Shown: positions 41,201 through 52,659 of the stretch, piece after piece
How the letters are laid out: every line of letters starts with the position of its first letter
Position numbering within the stretch: the first letter of the stretch is position 1
Assembly (NCBI GenBank): GCA_963749495.1
Contig: CAVVMW010000004.1
Span: 448,001 to 512,000, forward strand
Length of the DNA: 64,000 nt
From: an uncultured bacterium
GTDB lineage: Bacteria; Verrucomicrobiota; Verrucomicrobiia; Limisphaerales; UBA8199
Reading direction: 5' to 3'
The notes under the pieces: model-generated
What the model was told of the DNA's origin: nothing
What the model saw: the letters and a program-made list of their open reading frames with translations, nothing else
Database searches by the model: none
Translations under genes and position numbers: made by a program

Positions 41201-42184
41201 TCATGGTTTCCTTTGGGCCTTCTCCAGCACGCCCGGGACGGACACCGGGCGGCCACCCTGGCGCAGGCTCTCGTCGGCGGCTTCCATGAAGGCGTAGATT
41301 TCCAACGTGTGCTCGACGGACATCGGCGGCTGGCCGGTCTTGAAGAACTTCGCGATCTCCACCAGCAGCGGTTCGTACCCCTCGAACTTGCCGGCGGGGG
41401 CGATGCTTTTCTCGCCAAAGACCGTCGCACCGAAGTCGGTTTGTCCCCGCAGAATGCCGCGGAAGGTTCCCACCCGGCCATCGTTCCATGTGCCCGTCAC
41501 GAGGTCGGCGGTGTCGCCTTTGGCGCGGCTGACCGTCTGGCAACCGGGGCCCATGATGGTGAAAAGAATCTCGCAGCCATGGATGCCATAGTAGAACAGG
41601 CTGGGGTGCTCGGGCAGGATGGACTGGTTGTTGCTGTAGGCATCGCAGCCAAGCACACGGCCAAGCTTGGGATCGTTTGCCAGGGCGGCGATGCCGGGGC
41701 TGTAGCGGAGCGAGGAGTTCGAGAAGCACGGTGTGCCGCTCGCTCTGGCCTCGCGGAAAATCTCGATGGCCTCCGCCAGCGACGCCGCAACCGGTTTGTC
41801 AATGAACACCGGTTTCCTGGCCGCGAAGGCGGGCCGGGCCTGCCGCAGGTGCGGCCGGCCGTCAATGCTCAGCACCATCACTGCGTCCACCTTCGGTAGC
41901 ATCGCCTCGATTGTGCCGCAAATCTCCACGCCCAGCTCGCGCATCCGGGCTGTGTTCTTTTCGATGTTGTCCTGGCTGAACGGGATGTCGGCGCTCGGGG
42001 CGGGGACGGCGGCCACAATCCGCAGGTCGGAGATCGGCGGGGGCGCTTTGGGGCCGTGGATGATCTGCGTCCAGGGCACCGCGTGCGCGTCCAAACCGAT
42101 GATGCCTACCTTGATCGGTGCAGCGAAAGTGGAAAGCGCCGCAACGATATGGAACATCAAGAAACTTATGATCCGCTGGTTCAT
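41201..42184 (-). CDS. Gfo/Idh/MocA family oxidoreductase
   Basis: KVGIIGLD, SIDGRPH, VFIDKPVA, YYGIHGCE. Confidence 0.9.
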   Translation of the reverse strand: MNQRIISFLMFHIVAALSTFAAPIKVGIIGLDAHAVPWTQIIHGPKAPPPISDLRIVAAVPAPSADIPFSQDNIEKNTARMRELGVEICGTIEAMLPKVDAVMVLSIDGRPHLRQARPAFAARKPVFIDKPVAASLAEAIEIFREARASGTPCFSNSSLRYSPGIAALANDPKLGRVLGCDAYSNNQSILPEHPSLFYYGIHGCEILFTIMGPGCQTVSRAKGDTADLVTGTWNDGRVGTFRGILRGQTDFGATVFGEKSIAPAGKFEGYEPLLVEIAKFFKTGQPPMSVEHTLEIYAFMEAADESLRQGGRPVSVPGVLEKAQRKP

Positions 42185-42281
42185 GGGCAGTTTTCTGCGG
42201 GGCATGGTATTTGTTCTCGATTCGCGGGTCCAGTCTGTTTTCGCAGGCACTCGAACGGGGGGCGCGAGACGAAATTCTTCG

Positions 42282-42336
42282 CTGCCGCCTAAAGGCGGCG
42301 TTCCGCAGCCAACCGGAACGCCGCCTTTAGGCGGCA
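42282..42336. repeat. REP-like inverted doublet (gccgcctaaaggcggc)
   Basis: gccgcctaaaggcggcgttccg ... cggaacgccgcctttaggcggc. Confidence 0.7.
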
Positions 42337-42407
42337 GGATGGGCGCCCGAAGAAATCGGTCGTGCGCCGTAATCGGTCAGTGAAGGCGGAAAGGGAGTCC
42401 CCGGCGA

Positions 42408-42555
42408 ACCCCTCACCCCGGCCCTCTCCCCTTCCGAAGGGGAGAGGGAGAAGCGGCGGCAGTCGCTGGGAATTCCACGCGTCTCGGCTTCCTCAAGCCG
42501 CGACGGAGAATTCTCCCTCTCCCCATCCGATGGGGAGAGGGCCGGGGTGAGGGGT
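42408..42555. repeat. REP-like inverted doublet (cccctcaccccggccctctcccc family)
   Basis: Inverted arms 42408-42450 and 42510-42555; half copy at 47988-48017. Confidence 0.8.
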
Positions 42556-42664
42556 CTGCCCGCTGTCAATCCCGCCTTCACTGAGGCCCTACCGTGCGCA
42601 CTCGAACGGGTCCGGCATTCGGCCCGCGACAATCATCGGAACGTCTAAATGCGTTTGATAAGCA

Positions 42665-44626
42665 TTACTGTCCGGCCCACGCCGGATTGGACCAAGGCAA
42701 CGTGCCATTTGTGTTTGTTGCACGAACGCGGTACGTCGAGCGATTGGCGTCTGACGACTTTTCGGAGAACTCGGCCACCGGGGCGGTTACCTCGCCTACT
42801 CGACGCCATGGTTTGAAGTCATCGGAACGCGCCACTTCGAACCTGAGCGCGCCGGGGCTTGGTTTCCAATGGAGCTTGACTTGCTCCCCGCTGCGTTCCG
42901 CCACCAACTCACCGGGAGTCTGCGGCATCTCGGACCAGTCCAGAAAGCTTGCGTCGGCCACGGCCATCACACTGTCCTTCAGCGGCACTTTCACCGTCCG
43001 CTTGGCCTTGTCATTCCAGCGCAGTTCCCGGACATCCCCGGTCCGAATGTCCATCAGCACAGGCCGCGTGATGCTCCTGTCGGCGACAATCATTTCCGTG
43101 CTCACCGGCTTCAAGTCGTCTTTCGGGTCCGCCGGAATCGCGAGCCAATATGCGAAGACTCGACGCCCCGTGGCGCGGTCACGAAACCAAAAGCTCCGAA
43201 GTTGGCCACCCGCATACTGCTTCACCGGTTTGAGCGCGTCTTCGCCACCTGGGTCACGAACGGTCTGTCCGAACACCGCTGAGAGGTACTGGAATGCGAA
43301 GAACGCCTCACGCGGCTGGAACGCATCCGGACCTTGGGTATCGCCCTCCAGAATGCCCATCAAGTTGTCTTCGTTGCCATCGGTGGCGGGCATGAACACC
43401 CAGATCATGCCCCTGATGTTGTGGGCTAACTGTTCCAGGCAGAAGCGCGGGAGATAGCGCGCCTGCACGGATTGATTTGAACCTTTCGCCTTCGGGCAGA
43501 CGTTCCATTCGTTGAGCCAGAACTCGATATCCGGGCGGATTCCAGGAATAGACAAAACTCCCTTGCGGAAGTCAGCGCCTCCGTGAACCGGATCGATCTC
43601 CTCCGGAGGCCGGCCGACTCCAAACGGGCCGTCGCCGGGGTAGCTGTGGTAGGCCATGATGTCGATCTTTTCCGCGCAGCCCGTGAGGGCGTTCACGGCA
43701 AATTCAAGATCCGGGCCCGCCAGCCCGCCGAACATGACCTTGGCGTCCGGATCGGTTGCGTGCACGGCGTCCGCGAACCGGCTGAGAACGCGGCCATACC
43801 ATTTCGCTCTCTCCTTCTTTTCTATTTCCGGCCGCCAGTAGCCGATGTTTTCTTCATTCCAGAGCTCCCAGTGGTTGATTCGTCCCTTATAGCGGCCGAC
43901 CATGAAGCGAACGTAACCGAGGAAGGCCTCAATTTGCTCGTCTGTCTTGGGGGCAAGGAAAATTGGGTTCACCGGGTTATCGCCCGGCCCAATTCCGGGC
44001 GGCGGAAGGGTAACGCGCTCCGGACGCTTCGGCCTGTCTTCGGCATAGAGCGGGTTCGAGTATTGCAGTTCGGCCTCGATGGATACGCCGTTGTCCAGCA
44101 GGGAACGCACCGCCTCGTCGGCATCCTCCGGAACGGCGTAGTGCCCGGGCGTCTGTTCCACCCAGTCCCAACTGATCTGCTCCGAAGAATTCTCGTATTG
44201 GCCGATCCTGACCCACTTGGCACCTGAGTCAAAGAGAGGTGTCCACGTCTTTGTCCACGGCATCCGGGGCCGCCGGGGCAGATTAAGGTTCACGCCAAAC
44301 CCATCGAGCAACTGTGTGGAGCTGCGCCTGGGAATCTTTGAGGGAACAAAAACGCCCGCGATGTTCTCCATGGCCGCGCCTGGCTTTGGCGGCAAGATCA
44401 CGTGGATGGAACTTACGGCTTTGGCCGAGCCTTGCGCTTCCCCACCCGGCATCGGCCGGGCAACTGACCGGGTTGGAATCTCGATGATCACGGGATGGTC
44501 GCTCAAGGTCAACGGAACCAAGCCAATCACTGCGGAGACGAGCAGGAACGGCAGGGATAGGAGATTGCAGATGGAGGAGGCAGGAGTCATCGGTTTTGCG
44601 ATCATAGATTTGTTCGTTCCAAACAT
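42665..44626 (-). CDS. clan GH-A glycoside hydrolase-like protein (GH5/GH39-like) with C-terminal Fn3
   Basis: WELWNEEN (acid/base), MAYHSY, FWLNEW (nucleophile); TYRVRATN Fn3; start uncertain. Confidence 0.8.
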   Translation of the reverse strand: MFGTNKSMIAKPMTPASSICNLLSLPFLLVSAVIGLVPLTLSDHPVIIEIPTRSVARPMPGGEAQGSAKAVSSIHVILPPKPGAAMENIAGVFVPSKIPRRSSTQLLDGFGVNLNLPRRPRMPWTKTWTPLFDSGAKWVRIGQYENSSEQISWDWVEQTPGHYAVPEDADEAVRSLLDNGVSIEAELQYSNPLYAEDRPKRPERVTLPPPGIGPGDNPVNPIFLAPKTDEQIEAFLGYVRFMVGRYKGRINHWELWNEENIGYWRPEIEKKERAKWYGRVLSRFADAVHATDPDAKVMFGGLAGPDLEFAVNALTGCAEKIDIMAYHSYPGDGPFGVGRPPEEIDPVHGGADFRKGVLSIPGIRPDIEFWLNEWNVCPKAKGSNQSVQARYLPRFCLEQLAHNIRGMIWVFMPATDGNEDNLMGILEGDTQGPDAFQPREAFFAFQYLSAVFGQTVRDPGGEDALKPVKQYAGGQLRSFWFRDRATGRRVFAYWLAIPADPKDDLKPVSTEMIVADRSITRPVLMDIRTGDVRELRWNDKAKRTVKVPLKDSVMAVADASFLDWSEMPQTPGELVAERSGEQVKLHWKPSPGALRFEVARSDDFKPWRRVGEVTAPVAEFSEKSSDANRSTYRVRATNTNGTLPWSNPAWAGQ

Positions 44627-44655
44627 GCTCACGCGGTTTTGCCCCCTCCCGCACC

Positions 44656-45057
44656 CTACTTCAGGAAATAGATCTCCTTCATGTCCGCCCAGATTTTGCC
44701 CGCGGCGGCGGCGTCCGGGAGCGGCGACTGGCACGGGTCGGTTTGTTTCCACCACCGCTGCGTTTCCGGATCGGCGGCCATTCGTTTCATGTCGGCCTCA
44801 AAATTAGTGCCGGCGTATTCCAGGTAGGCAAAGAGGTATAGCTTGCCCTCAATCTCGCGCTCGTGGATCGAAAAGTTCCGGATGTGGCAGGCCTTAATCA
44901 TCTTGTTGACACCCGGCCACGGGTTGGCGTGGAGCTGCCGGTAGCAGGCGGCCTTATCAGGCTTGAGCCCCGTAATCCAGGCGTAACGCTGCGGGGCTTT
45001 GTGTGTCGCGCAGCCGCTCAGAAAGGCGACGGCAAACAGGGTGCAGAGGTGTTTCAT
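44656..45057 (-). CDS. L-rhamnose mutarotase family protein with lipoprotein signal
   Basis: FLSGC lipobox; YRQLHANPWPGV, IRNFSI, LFAYLEY, ETQRWW. Confidence 0.88.
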   Translation of the reverse strand: MKHLCTLFAVAFLSGCATHKAPQRYAWITGLKPDKAACYRQLHANPWPGVNKMIKACHIRNFSIHEREIEGKLYLFAYLEYAGTNFEADMKRMAADPETQRWWKQTDPCQSPLPDAAAAGKIWADMKEIYFLK

Positions 45058-45091
45058 GGCCGGGAATTGAGCTTCGGAATTCGATGAATCA

Positions 45092-47891
45092 TCAATATAT
45101 GACCTGGACATTTACGTTTCCCGTCAGGTCGTGCAACTTCACGACTTCCCTGGCCGGGTCCCAGTCCAGGTAATCCTGGCCGTTGACCCTCACGCCTCTG
45201 ATCGGGGTGGTCCTGGGATGCCGCAGCCGCAACCATACCTGCCTGGCCGCATGGCGAGAGGGCATCCTGAGCGTGGCCGTGACCCTGCCGTGGTCCACGT
45301 CGGAGGTGATCTCGAAATCAACTGTCCCAAAGTATGTCGGGGCGTTCTTCACTGAAATTCTCCTGCCCTGTTCCAGCCAAAGCCGAGGCGTGGCGCGGGC
45401 CAGCCAGAGGTCCGGGCCATCCTCCCACACCAGCAGGCTGCGGAAACGCTCCAGAAACGCGGCTTCTTCGAAGATCTTGTCCGGTGGGCCATGAGTGGCG
45501 TGTTCGTTGAAGACGTAGCCTTGGCCCGGAACGATATCGATCGCATAACAGTTTAGAAATGAACGGAGGAAGCACGGGATGTCATCACCCGCCAAATGCA
45601 GGTTGGCGGTGCGCTCCAGTCCGCCCTGGTGCTGCCAGCCGGCCAGGAACCAGTCCCGTTGACCGACCCTCGGATTCTCCAGCAGCAACCGGTCCTCCAG
45701 CACATCGAGATACCCCTGGACCCGCGCATCGTTCGGTGACAGGAGGCCCGCCGGGCTGATCAGCGCGGCCGCCGACTGGACCGTGTCCCAATACAGGGGT
45801 CCTACATGCTCGCCGGAGCCATCCCGTTGCCAGCCCCACGGGCCCGTGGCCAATCCGCGCACGTAACAAGCGAAGGGAATCACCGAATGGAACGTGCCAT
45901 CGCGCACCGGAACCACCGGGGAGAGCGCGATGGACCGATCTACGGCCGCCCGCAGGTCCTGCCCATAAGCGTCCGCCTCCGCCCGGAGTTTGGCCCCGCC
46001 CTCGGGATCGATCTCGCCCAGCGTGGCCGCCAGACGCGAGACCGCCGCCCAATAGTAGCCCTCGCACTCGTAGAACTGCATCCATAAGCCGCCGCTGTCC
46101 GGAGTCACTTGCAGCGCCGGCTGCAAGCCCTTGCACCAGAGGCGATCGCCCCCCGGAACCAGGCTTGAGACCACTCGACGTTGACGCAGCATCCACTCGG
46201 CGTTGGCCTTGATCCGCGGCGCGGAGGCTCTCAGCCACTCGGTATCGCCGGTCATCCAATAGTGTTCGGTCAGGGCCCAACCAATGGAGCCGGGGCCGAA
46301 GGCATGAACGCCATCCATGTGGCCGCCCGCTCCCGGGGGACCGACGGCGTGCGTCAGGCATCCGTGGCCTTCGGTGAACAGTCCGTTGGGCCGGTCCGGC
46401 AGCGCCCACTCGTGATGACCGGCTGAACTGGAACTGGGATCCATCGGCAGCGACACCCACTGGTCAAATCCGTCTTCGGCAGCCTGGTGCGAGCCCATCA
46501 CGTCCAGCACTCTCAGGATGAGATAGGTTTCGGCGCCCAGAATGCCGTAGGGATAGTCGTTAAACCATCGCCGGCCATTCTTCGGGTTCTTTTGGCTATG
46601 TCGCAGGAGATGCCAGACTCCCAGGTTCCATTGGGCCGTCAGCCGCTCCGAGGGGACCTGCACCCGCATGGGCGGCTCGAATCCCTCCGGGGGCGCCGGG
46701 TGAGGCGGCAGTTCAGTGCCGCGCATCGCCGTCACGGCGCCCTCCCAGGTCTGTTCTTCATGCGACCGGATCTGCTGGCGGACGGTGCTCAGCTTCCTGG
46801 CCTGGAGTTCCGTGATAAATTCCCGGGCGCTGGCGGCCTGCGAAGCCAGCACCAGGGGAGGTTGCGCGGGAATAACCGGCGGAGGGACCGCCGCCAGCGG
46901 CGTTGTCCGACGGACGAAGAATCCGTGCTCGGGCGCCAGGACCGGTCCGTTCTCCAGGTCCGCCGCCAGGAACGAGAAGTTGCCGCCCTTAGTCCACAAG
47001 GTCACGATGGTGCGGGCCACGTCGTCCCGTTGGCTGGTATAGGGCAGCACCCGCCGCCATTTCGCAGTGCCGATGTAGAGCACGCTGGCCTTCAAACCTC
47101 GGCGGGCGGGGCTCTTGCCAACCGAACGCCACGAAGTCGAGTCGGCGGCCGTGGTGCTAACGTCCCCCTCCAGGGGACGAAGCCCGGCCACCCTGCCATC
47201 GGTACGTTTCGATCCGTCCGCTGTAATCCTTGTCCAGCGTGGCCCGGTCGAACCCCCATTCGATCTCCAGGTCCATCTTCTTCCAGACATCCGCCACCAA
47301 CACCTTCACCGCCGGCACGTCATATTCCGAGGCGCTCTTGCCGCCGGCGACACTGACCACGATGCCGCAGGTCTCTGTGGGCAGGTCATAGAGGCAGGTT
47401 CTGCCATCGGCAGACAGAGTCGCTTTGACCGGCTTCGGCACTGCGTCCAAGTTGTTCCACCACGAACTGGAGCTGCCTTTGTTGTCCAAGGTCGTGATGG
47501 CTACCTCGTTCGGTTCAGGCCGGCGTTTGAGGCCGGCGGACCACGTCAACTCGATGCGCTGCACCGGGCGGATTTCCTCCCACAACAAACCGCAAAGGAC
47601 CTGCTTGATCGCGGGAGCATTCACGCTTACGGGTTTGTTCAGCGCCTGGTGAGCAGACCACATCAGGGCCAGCCAACTCTCAGGCGGGTTGTCCTCGGGC
47701 ATTCGATCGGCACGGTATTGATAGGCGCTCGGCGCTATATCGGCGCACGTGCCAACCAACGAGCCGAAGTCCTCAGGCGGTGAAGGGGCCGTGGCAGGCC
47801 GTCCCAGCTCGGCCGCGGCAGCGGCCGCAACGCCGACGGTGGCGAGCACGCTGCCGGCCACCAGCAGACACAATCGGACAAGAGGTCTCAT
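45092..47891 (-). CDS. secreted hypothetical protein, probable (alpha/alpha)6 glycosidase-like (frameshift at ~47200)
   Basis: Signal peptide; C-terminal LWLARATPRLWL..ISVKNAPTYFG typical of six-hairpin glycosidase-like proteins. Confidence 0.7.
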
Positions 47892-48021
47892 TCACGAGCA
47901 AACCTGCGCTTGAGCGCCTTCCGCGTCAACGCTGATTCCAGCCGGCCGGCGAGGCCTCAGGGAAGGCTGGAGCGGCACTCCGGGCCGACCCCTCACCCCG
48001 GCCCTCTCCCCATCGGACGGA

Positions 48022-48121
48022 CCGGAGCGCCGACCTCCAGTCGGCTTAGGACGTCCAGCTTCCACAGCGGTCCGACAGAGGGGATGGTGGGCACAAAGCC
48101 GACTAAAAGTCGGCGCTCCGG
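48022..48121. repeat. REP-like inverted doublet (ccggagcgccgac...gtcggcgctccgg)
   Basis: Inverted arms; related half copy at ~61672-61698. Confidence 0.7.
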
Positions 48122-48129
48122 GGGCACTG

Positions 48130-49445
48130 TCAGGGTGCGCCCATGGGCTGGTGCCACAGTGATTGCCAGTAGCGGCGGTCCGTGTCATAGACATCGATGG
48201 GATCCTGCAACTGGTGGCTGGGCGGGAGGATGCCGTAACGCTTCATTTCCCGGATGTATTCTGGTTCGGGACGAAAGTAGGGCATGTTGAAGCGGGTAAT
48301 GGATTCCAGGCGGGCTTTGGCTTCCCGGATCCCGGCCAAAAGCGCTTGGTAATCGGCGTCATCTGTGCTCGCGAAAACATCGCCACAAATCCCGTAGCCG
48401 CCAGCGGACTTGGCCAGCGGCGCCAGCAGTTGCAGGGACTTTTCCGGGCGGGACAGGTTGTAGAGGATATGCTCGGAGAATTGCATCCGCGGGTCGGCGT
48501 ACTGCTTCATCCACTGGAGCGAACCGGGGCGGAGCGAACCGGTAACTTTCACCCAGGGCGGATCCCAGAAACGCGGTTGGCCGCCGCCGTATTGCAAATG
48601 GTGCAGGGGCAAACCCAGGTTATCCACCGGCGAGTTGGGGAGTTGCCGCTCTGCCTGGTGACAGGAGGCACACCGGTGATCCAGGGCTGCTTTGGCCCCT
48701 TTCAATCCGGGCCAGCTCAGGCAATCAACTTTGGGTTTGGTGCCGTATTGCAGGGCGGCGTACGGGCCGAGCATGCCGCCGCCCAGGGCGGCGTAGGTTC
48801 CCGGAAAGGTGGCGCCGGCATCAATCCAGAGCTTGACCATCCTCAGTTCCAGCCAGGCCAGTTTCACCCCGTAATGGGACTCCTGACACTTATCCATTCA
48901 CCGGCTTGGGCAGGTTTTCCAAAATCAGCAGTTTCTTGATGGCGCCGCGTTTAACGCCCTTCAGGTTGCGGCCTTGATAAATGTCCAGCACGATGAGTTG
49001 CCCGGTGGTCGCATCGGCCAGGTTGATTCTCGAAGGGATGACCGGCTCGCGCGGCCTGGGCTGCAGGGGACGAGGTTCGTGCAGCCAATTGCCTCCGGCA
49101 GCCAACTCTCCCGCCAACCGGTAAAGCTCCCGCGTCTGGCCCTGCTCATCCATCAGCAGCAGCTTGGGTCCCTGCGCCACCAATTGCCGTAATACACCAT
49201 CTGGCCGGAGCCGTCCGGGTTCATAACCCAGAGATGGTGGAAATGCTCCCGGGACCGGTCCACATATTCCCAGCGGGTGTAGAGGATGCGGCCATCGGGC
49301 AGCATCCAGGGGGTGTTGTCCTGCTCAATGTTCGAGGAAAGCGGGCGGATGTTTTTCCCGTCGCCGTTGCACCGGTGCAGGTTGGCCACTTGAACGTACC
49401 AGCACGGCACAAACCGCTTGCAGCGGCTGGAACAAAATACCAACC
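48130..49445 (-). pseudogene. internally deleted remnant of an HZS-alpha/TolB-like propeller plus c-type heme protein
   Basis: Segments DGRILYTRWEYVDR..LWVMNPDG | LDIYQGRN..LENLPKPVN | WIDAGA..CASCH..NLSRPEKS abut directly; no N-terminus. Confidence 0.65.
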
Positions 49446-49539
49446 AGTTTCACCACGTCCCCGTTGGCCATCATTTGGATTTCCCCGGATTCGCTTCTTG
49501 AGCAGGAGCGCCCAGTCGAGCCCTCCGGGAGTGTTGGGC

Positions 49540-50306
49540 GAGGTCATGGTCCATTTCCAGGTGCCGGCGGCCTTAGCGGCCTGATCGCGTTTGGCTTCCC
49601 AATCGCGAGCGCGGGTCTGGTCGCCGAAGGTCATCTCGGTTTTGCCTTTGATGGTGTCGCCGCTGAGCTTGCCCTGATACTTCGCCGTGAATTTCTGCCC
49701 ATCTCGCTCGCGGGTGACGCTAAAGGAAATCTCATCGCCGCTCAGTTTGCCGTCCTGGATTTCGGCTTCGCCCATGCGGCCGTTCAGAGTGCCCGTCAAT
49801 TTCTCTCCCGCTTGCTGGAGTTTCAGCTTCGATTCGAAGGTGTCGCCAGATTGAGTCGTGACACTCCACTTCCAGGCGCCGGCAGCGCTGACGGGCGGCT
49901 TCTCCCGCTTGGCCTCCCAATCGCGAGAGCGGGTCTGGCCATTGCGTTCGGTCTCGATCGTGCCCTTGACCGTGTTGCCGCTCAATTTGCCCTGGTATTT
50001 AGCGGTCGTGGTTTGGCCGTTGCGCTCGCGCGTAACGCTGAAGGAGATGGCATCGCCCTCGACCTTGCCGGATTGGATGGCCGTCTCGTTCCCGTTCGCG
50101 CCGATGATGGCCCCCGTGAGTTTGTCTCCGCTTTGTGCCAGCTTGAGGACTGTTTCTGTGGTCTGGCCGTTCCGGCCGGACATCGTCCATTTCCACGTGC
50201 CGGTCGCGTCGGACTTGCCGTCAGCGGCCCACATGCTGAGGTTGGCACCGAGTGCCACGAGGACGATGGTCGCTGCTTTGAGCCATTGGAAGGAGGATAA
50301 CTTCAT
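49540..50306 (-). pseudogene. secreted tandem beta-repeat protein, truncated in third repeat
   Basis: Two ~100-aa repeats G(T/A)WKW..KLTG..ISFSVTRER..KYQGKLSG..RDWEAKR; the third repeat stops after GTWKWTMTSP. Confidence 0.65.
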
Positions 50307-50736
50307 AAAATGCCTATTGGGTTCTGGTTCATGGACACCGTCCATTCAAAGGCCTGCCAGGACGTAAGGCAAGCGCAAAAGATTACCCTGGCTATCCCGG
50401 GGGGCGCCCGACAGAATTTTTCGGGTGCAGGATGGAACCGGCGGTGCGCGTTCGAGACGCCAAAGGCGTCGTTCATACCAGCCCAGGGCCTCTCCGGAAA
50501 CAGCAGAATCATTTTTGGCAAAATCATAGCAGAGATTCTCCCAAGCGTGATTTTGGCCCGTACCCTCCTCCGGATGATTTTGCCACCCATGATTTTGCCT
50601 TCATCCCGCCTATCTCTCACGAGGCTGGGGAAACTGCGTGCTTTCCGAGTGACTGCGTTGGGATCTGCCGTACGGTCCAATCCCCGCATCCATTTTTCTG
50701 TTCCGCTGCCCGCCGAGCGGTTATCCTTGGCGCGTC

Positions 50737-52230
50737 GTGAAAAAGCAGCTTCCTATGAATTCCTTCCTTGCGACGTTCGCTTGTCTTCTGATTGTGGCCT
50801 CCGCGTCCGCCGGCCAGGTTCCTGCTTCTCCAGTCATTCATCGGACCGTCAACCTCCGGATTGACGAGGCGCAGGACGTGACTCTCTCCGACGGAAAGAC
50901 GGTTCATGTCAAGCTCCTGGACCTCCAGGAACGCCACGATGAGGTCAATGGCGCCGTCCGGCAGGCCGTGGTCCGAGTCGAGGTGGACGGGCAGGTCACG
51001 AACCTCACGAGCGGGACCTACCGTTTGCCGGCGACCTTCGGGAGCGTGCAGATCGATTGTCCGATCACCAAGGGCTACCTCGAGAAGAGCGCCTTCCACA
51101 ACCCCTGGGGACTGCTCAAGGACGCGCGCCTGAGACTGTGGCCTGCTGGTTCTCCGTGGATCGTCCCGGGCACCTTTGTTTACCCCGCCAGGCAGCGGTG
51201 GTTCGCGAGCTTCACGCAGATGGCCAACGAGCCGGTCTATGTGGATGGGGGCGACCTGCCCGCGAAAAAGGAGATCTACTATCACTACGGACTGGACATG
51301 GGCGGCTCCGAAGGGCTGGTCAATGTGGTGTCGGCCACCGAGGGCATTGTCACTTCCTCCGGAAACGACGTGCTGGCCGGCCAGGCGCCGGATGTCCCGG
51401 GGGAACGCCGCTACAACGTCGTTTATATTCTCGATGCCCGGGGCTGGTATTACCGGTATAGCCATCTGAAGTTCATCGAACCCGGCGGCCCGGCCGGGCG
51501 CACGGATTGCCCTGGGCCAAAAGCTCGGAGTGCTGGGCAAGGAAGGGGGCAGTGGCGGCTGGTCCCATCTGCATTTCGATATTTCGGCCCATCAGCCTTC
51601 CGGGCTATGGGGCATCGAAGAGGGGTATGCCTTTCTCTGGCAGGCATATCAGCAGGAACATCCGCGCGAACTGGTCGCCGTGGCCCGGCCCCATGCCCTG
51701 GTGTGGGCGGGCCAGACGGTCACGCTGGACGGTTCGCGTTCACGCGGGCAGGGTCTGCGCCATGAGTGGACGTTCACCGAGGGGGAAGCTCGAGCGGGGA
51801 GCGAGTCGAGCGCACATACAACACGCCGGGCACTTATTGCGAAATCCTCAAGGTCACGGACGCGGCGGGCCGGGTGGATTATGATTTCATGGCCGTCCAG
51901 GTAATCAACCGTGCCCATCCAGACCAGCCCCCGCCCACGATTCACGCCAACTATGCGCCGACGTTCGGAATCCGGCCGGGTGCTCCGGTGGTTTTCAAAG
52001 TCCGCACGTTCCGGGACAAGGTGGGGGGAGAGACCTGGGATTTCGGTGACGGCACGCCTGCGTTCAGCGTGAAATCGGACGCCAATGCGGACCGCCACGC
52101 TCCCAACGGCTACGCCGAGGCGCGGCATGTGTATGCCAAGCCCGGTCATTACCTGGTGAGCGTGGAACACGTCAGTGCCGAAGGCATTCGGGCGGTGGCT
52201 CGATTACAGGTGCGAGTGGGGAACGAGTGA
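50737..52230 (+). CDS. M23 peptidase-like plus PKD domain protein (frameshifts at ~51490 and ~51790)
   Basis: YHYGLD, YSHL, WSHLHF (M23 zinc motifs); WDFGDG and HVYAKPG (PKD). Confidence 0.8.
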
Positions 52231-52659
52231 TCGGCGAGTTCTTCCGGCTGTATTTTGGCGCTGCCGGAGAGCCGATGAAGCGTTTCTACCTGCGTCTGGA
52301 GGAAATCGCCTGCGATCCGTGTGCCTGTGATAACCGGTTTGCCGACAAACAGCGCCGGGCCAGCGTCGAGGAAGTCTCGCCTGCTCATAAGCCCGGGCAG
52401 CCCGCGCAAGCCATGTCCTTCCAAAGGTTGCGCCGGCGCCGAAACTCGGTCTGCCACCGGGTCAACAGGTTTGCGTAAGTGGCGGGATTCCCAATCGCAC
52501 AGTAATCGGCTCGACAGTAGCTGATGAGCGCCATGTTCAGGGTCTCAGCAAAAACAGCAACCAGCGTCACCGTCAGGCCGCCCCTGCCCATGGCTTTCAC
52601 CCAATCGCCTGCGCTTGTCCCATACAGGATTCCTCCTCTCACGAATACGGGCGTGATGG